A stretch of 64,000 bases of DNA from Azolla caroliniana (Eukaryota; Plantae; Polypodiophyta), in contig JBHGNT010000022.1 of the NCBI GenBank assembly GCA_043228905.1, positions 11,222,001 through 11,286,000 on the forward strand, read 5' to 3'. Shown here piece by piece: positions 61,182 to 64,000 of the stretch. The notes under the pieces were generated by a model, which was not told the origin of the DNA, searched no databases, and saw only the letters and a program-made list of their open reading frames with translations. Positions within the stretch are counted from its first letter, which is position 1; every line of letters starts with the position of its first letter. The translations under genes were made by a program, and so were the position numbers.

Positions 61182-62063
61182 TTGATACAAACATTTTTGT
61201 GATAATTTAATGTATATGCTTGTAGATCCTTGACTAAAGATAAGCTAAAAACCATATTTATATATGGTTCTAGTTCGAAAGGGTGTGGGTTCAAATTGCA
61301 ATCTCATCAACGACGGATGACATTGTTAGCGTAAAATTAATGTGTAAACATTTTTGTGAGAAAATGCTTGTGCTTGTGATTCTTGCCTAAACATAAGCTA
61401 ATAATTGTTTTTCTATTTATTTATATATAGGGACAACACTAAAGAAAGTTGATGAGGTGGTTGAGTTGGTCTAAGGCACAAGATTAAGGTTCTAGTGAGA
61501 AAGGACATGGATTCATATATAGGGACAACACTAAAGAAAGTTGATGAGGTGGTTGAGTTGGTCTAAGATACAAGATTAATGTTCTAGTGAGAAAGGGCAT
61601 GGATTCAAATCATAGTCTCATCAACGATGCATGACATTGTTAGCATAAAATTAATGTGTAAACATTTTTATGAGAAAGTGCTTGTGATACTTGCCTAAAC
61701 ATAAGCTAAGAACTATGATTGTTATATGTATTTATATATAGGGAAAGCATTAAAGAAAGTTGGTGAGCTGGTCGAGTTGGGCTAACGGACAAGATTAAGG
61801 TTCTAATCTGAAAGGGCGTAGGTTCAAATCCCATTAATTTAATGTCCATGCTTGTAGATCATTGACTAAACATGGTTCAAATCCCATTAATTTAATTTTT
61901 ATGCTTGTAGATCATTGACTAAACATAAGCTAAAAACCAGTTTTATATATGGTTCTAGTCGAGGGTGTGGGTTCAAATGGTTGTGCTTGTGATCCTTGCC
62001 TAAACATAGGATAAGAATTGTTTTTATATTTGTTTATATGTATGGACAACATTGAACAAAGTT

Positions 62064-62143
62064 GATGAGGCGAATGAGTTAGCCTAAGACACAAGATTAA
62101 GGTTCTAGTCCGAAAGGGTGTGGGTTCAAATTACAGTCACATC
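62064..62143 (+). pseudogene. tRNA-Leu(AAG)-derived pseudogene copy
   Basis: AGATTAAGGTTCTAGTCCGAAAGGGTGTGGGTTCAAAT retained; D and T stems damaged. Confidence 0.75.
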
Positions 62144-62429
62144 AACGATGCGACATTGTTAGCGTAAAATTAACGTGTAAATATTTTTGCGAGAAAATGC
62201 TTGTGCTTTGTGATCCTTGCCTAAACATAAGCTAAGAACTATGGTTGTTGTATGTATTTATATATAGGCTAACACACAAGATTAAGGTTATAGTCTAAAA
62301 GGGCGTAGGTTCAAACCCCATTCTCATCATCGATGCAATCATTTTTGTGAGAAATTAATGTCTATGCTTGTAGATCCTTGACTAAACATAAGCTAAAAAC
62401 CAAATTTATATATGGTTCTAAACATAAGC

Positions 62430-63890
62430 TAAACAATTATTTAGAGACACGGACTCACCCCCCTTAATCCATTTAAATACCAAATCCTAATTAGAATCCA
62501 CCATCTCAATATCCCCCTCTTGAAAATATTATTAAAAAACATGAAACCCTTCTTTTTTCTAAACTCCAACAACCTATACCCAAACCCGTTAGGACACCAC
62601 TTCACCTTCGCACAACCCTCAAGAGCCTTAGGAATAACAACCAAATTATCATTCTTCCGGCTGATAAAAACATGAGAATATGTGTTCTAGACAAATATAC
62701 CTATTATGAAAAAGCTATAAAACACCTTTCTGATACCACCACCTACAAAAAAGTAACCCATTTTCCGTTAGAAGAACGCTTATATCGCCTTAATAGTATG
62801 TTCAAAAAAATCTAGATACACTTTCCGTTGTTGAAGCTAATTACATACTCCATAAACCCCTAAAAGGATATCAAGTATCTAATATTTATTTTCTCCCTAA
62901 ACTCCATAAAACACCCATTGGCTCTAGACCCATTTGCTCTTATAATAACTCTATATACGAGCAAACCTCTAAATGGCTACATTTTCAACTTTTACCCATC
63001 CTAGTACTCCAAAAACAATACCTAAAAGACTCACACTCCCTCACCCAGAAATTAGAACAATTAACCCCCTAAATGTTTCATCTTCTCTTTTGATGTAGAA
63101 TCCCTTTATCCTAGCATCCCTCCTAAGTTAGGACTCAAAGCACTTCGCCATATCATCTCCCCCCATTTCTCCTTAGCCAAGACTAATCTTATCTATACCC
63201 TTAGCGCTCTAACCCTAGAGTATCACTACCTGACCGATAATCAAGTATACCAACAAATCAAAGGGACAATCATGGGTAGCAACTTCTAAGTATTCTATGC
63301 ATGCCTTTTCTTATCACACTTAGAAAACTCCCAAACCACACCCCATCTCTTCTATTTTACTAGGTACATAGATGATGCCTTCAAGGTTTGGACAGGTACG
63401 AAACCCCAACTCTTAGAATACCTCAGTTTCTATAGCCTTATGACCAATAACTCTATTAAACTTACGATCCATACTTCCCCCACTAGGCTCCCTTTCTTAG
63501 ATATTTAGATCAATTTAGAGAACTCTAATTTCTCTTTCAATTGTTTCCAAAAACCACTAAATTCCTATCAATATTGTCCCTTCTCTTCGGACCATCCTAT
63601 ACATTCTAAACAAATTTTTATCTCGAATGAATTAAAACACTACCTAGTTAGAGAAAGCACACCTATAGGGTACCTAGAAATGAAAAAACATTTCTTCCTT
63701 AGACTCATTAGCCGAGGTTACCCACCCCATTTCATCCTTAAGGCCTTTAAAAAACATCCTTTCTCCCTTAGGAATACCCTCATCCATAAACATAAAAACA
63801 AATTTTCCCTTACTCCTACCATATAGAGCTCATATAGAGCGAAACGTGTTTGCTAAAAGACCTTTTTCTTACATAAATTGAAATTTGAAT
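62430..63890 (+). mobile_element. Penelope-like retroelement (PLE), 5'-truncated, decayed RT and thumb
   Basis: Absent from the ORF track. Reading across frameshifts: IILPADKN, YFLPKLHKTPIGSRPI, YLKDS, FSFDVESLYPSIP, YQQIKGTIMGS, FTRYIDDAF (YIDD 63365-63376), LPFLDI, FQKPLNSYQY.PFSSDHP, RLISRGYP. Confidence 0.9.
63826..63850 (+). ncRNA. Remnant of a minimal hammerhead ribozyme at the PLE 3' end
   Basis: GA-GCTC-ATATA-GAGC-GAAAC-GT-GTT: stem II, GAAA core and palindromic ACGT stem III; the CTGA half of the core is missing. Confidence 0.5.
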
Positions 63891-63918
63891 TCTATTTTCT
63901 TTTTCTTTTTCTTTTTTA

Positions 63919-64000
63919 TTGTAATTAGCTTACCCTAGTGGTAAGTCGTTTACATTACTAGCACTACACCTTGGGTTCAAAACCCAATTTTCTCACCTCT
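63919..64000 (+). repeat. Third copy of the tRNA-like dispersed repeat seen at 10540-10880
   Basis: TTGTAATTAG..TACCCTAGTGGTAAGT...GGGTTCAAAACCCAATTTTCTCACCTCT. Confidence 0.7.

Larger units (their letters stand above)
59760..62430 (+). repeat. Higher-order tandem array of tRNA-Leu(AAG)-derived units
   Basis: Full or nearly full tRNA-like copies start at 59797, 60021, 60884, 61101, 61451, 61543, 61762 and 62064; 3'-half copies near 60178, 61266, 61951 and 62267; shared spacer CTAAACATAAGCTAA. Confidence 0.92.

Noticed and set aside
59797-62330. Functional tRNA-Leu gene cluster
   Set aside because: Every copy has broken stems or damaged boxes and all share an anticodon-stem mismatch; called pseudogenes.
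59760-62430. CRISPR-like repeat-spacer array
   Set aside because: Spacers are themselves repeated, units match a eukaryotic tRNA-Leu, and there are no cas genes.

Overview
Eukaryotic nuclear DNA from a land plant, most likely a fern or other seed-free plant (inferred from a PLS-class PPR gene, long TE-filled introns, and Tcn1-like and tRNA-Trp-primed Ty3/gypsy elements). It holds three host genes: a spliced O-fucosyltransferase-family gene (minus strand, running off the left edge), an intronless PLS-E PPR gene (34364-36907, +) and spliced APE1 (39863-44808, -). The rest is layered mobile DNA: LINE remnants; a LINE split by a decayed Ty3/gypsy element whose 3' LTR holds a near-intact related element; a Ty1/copia element with a 5-kb hAT transposon in its 5' LTR; and a self-priming Tcn1-like element plus its solo LTR. 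The right end is the most unusual part: a higher-order tandem array of tRNA-Leu(AAG)-derived units interrupted by a plastid 23S rRNA fragment, joined to a Penelope-like reverse transcriptase that ends in a hammerhead ribozyme remnant. Other RNA-level signals are a -1 frameshift site with a covarying pseudoknot between Gag-protease and RT, and antisense tRNA-like Pol III boxes inside the LTRs of two unrelated families. Coordinates were read by eye and no searches were run.
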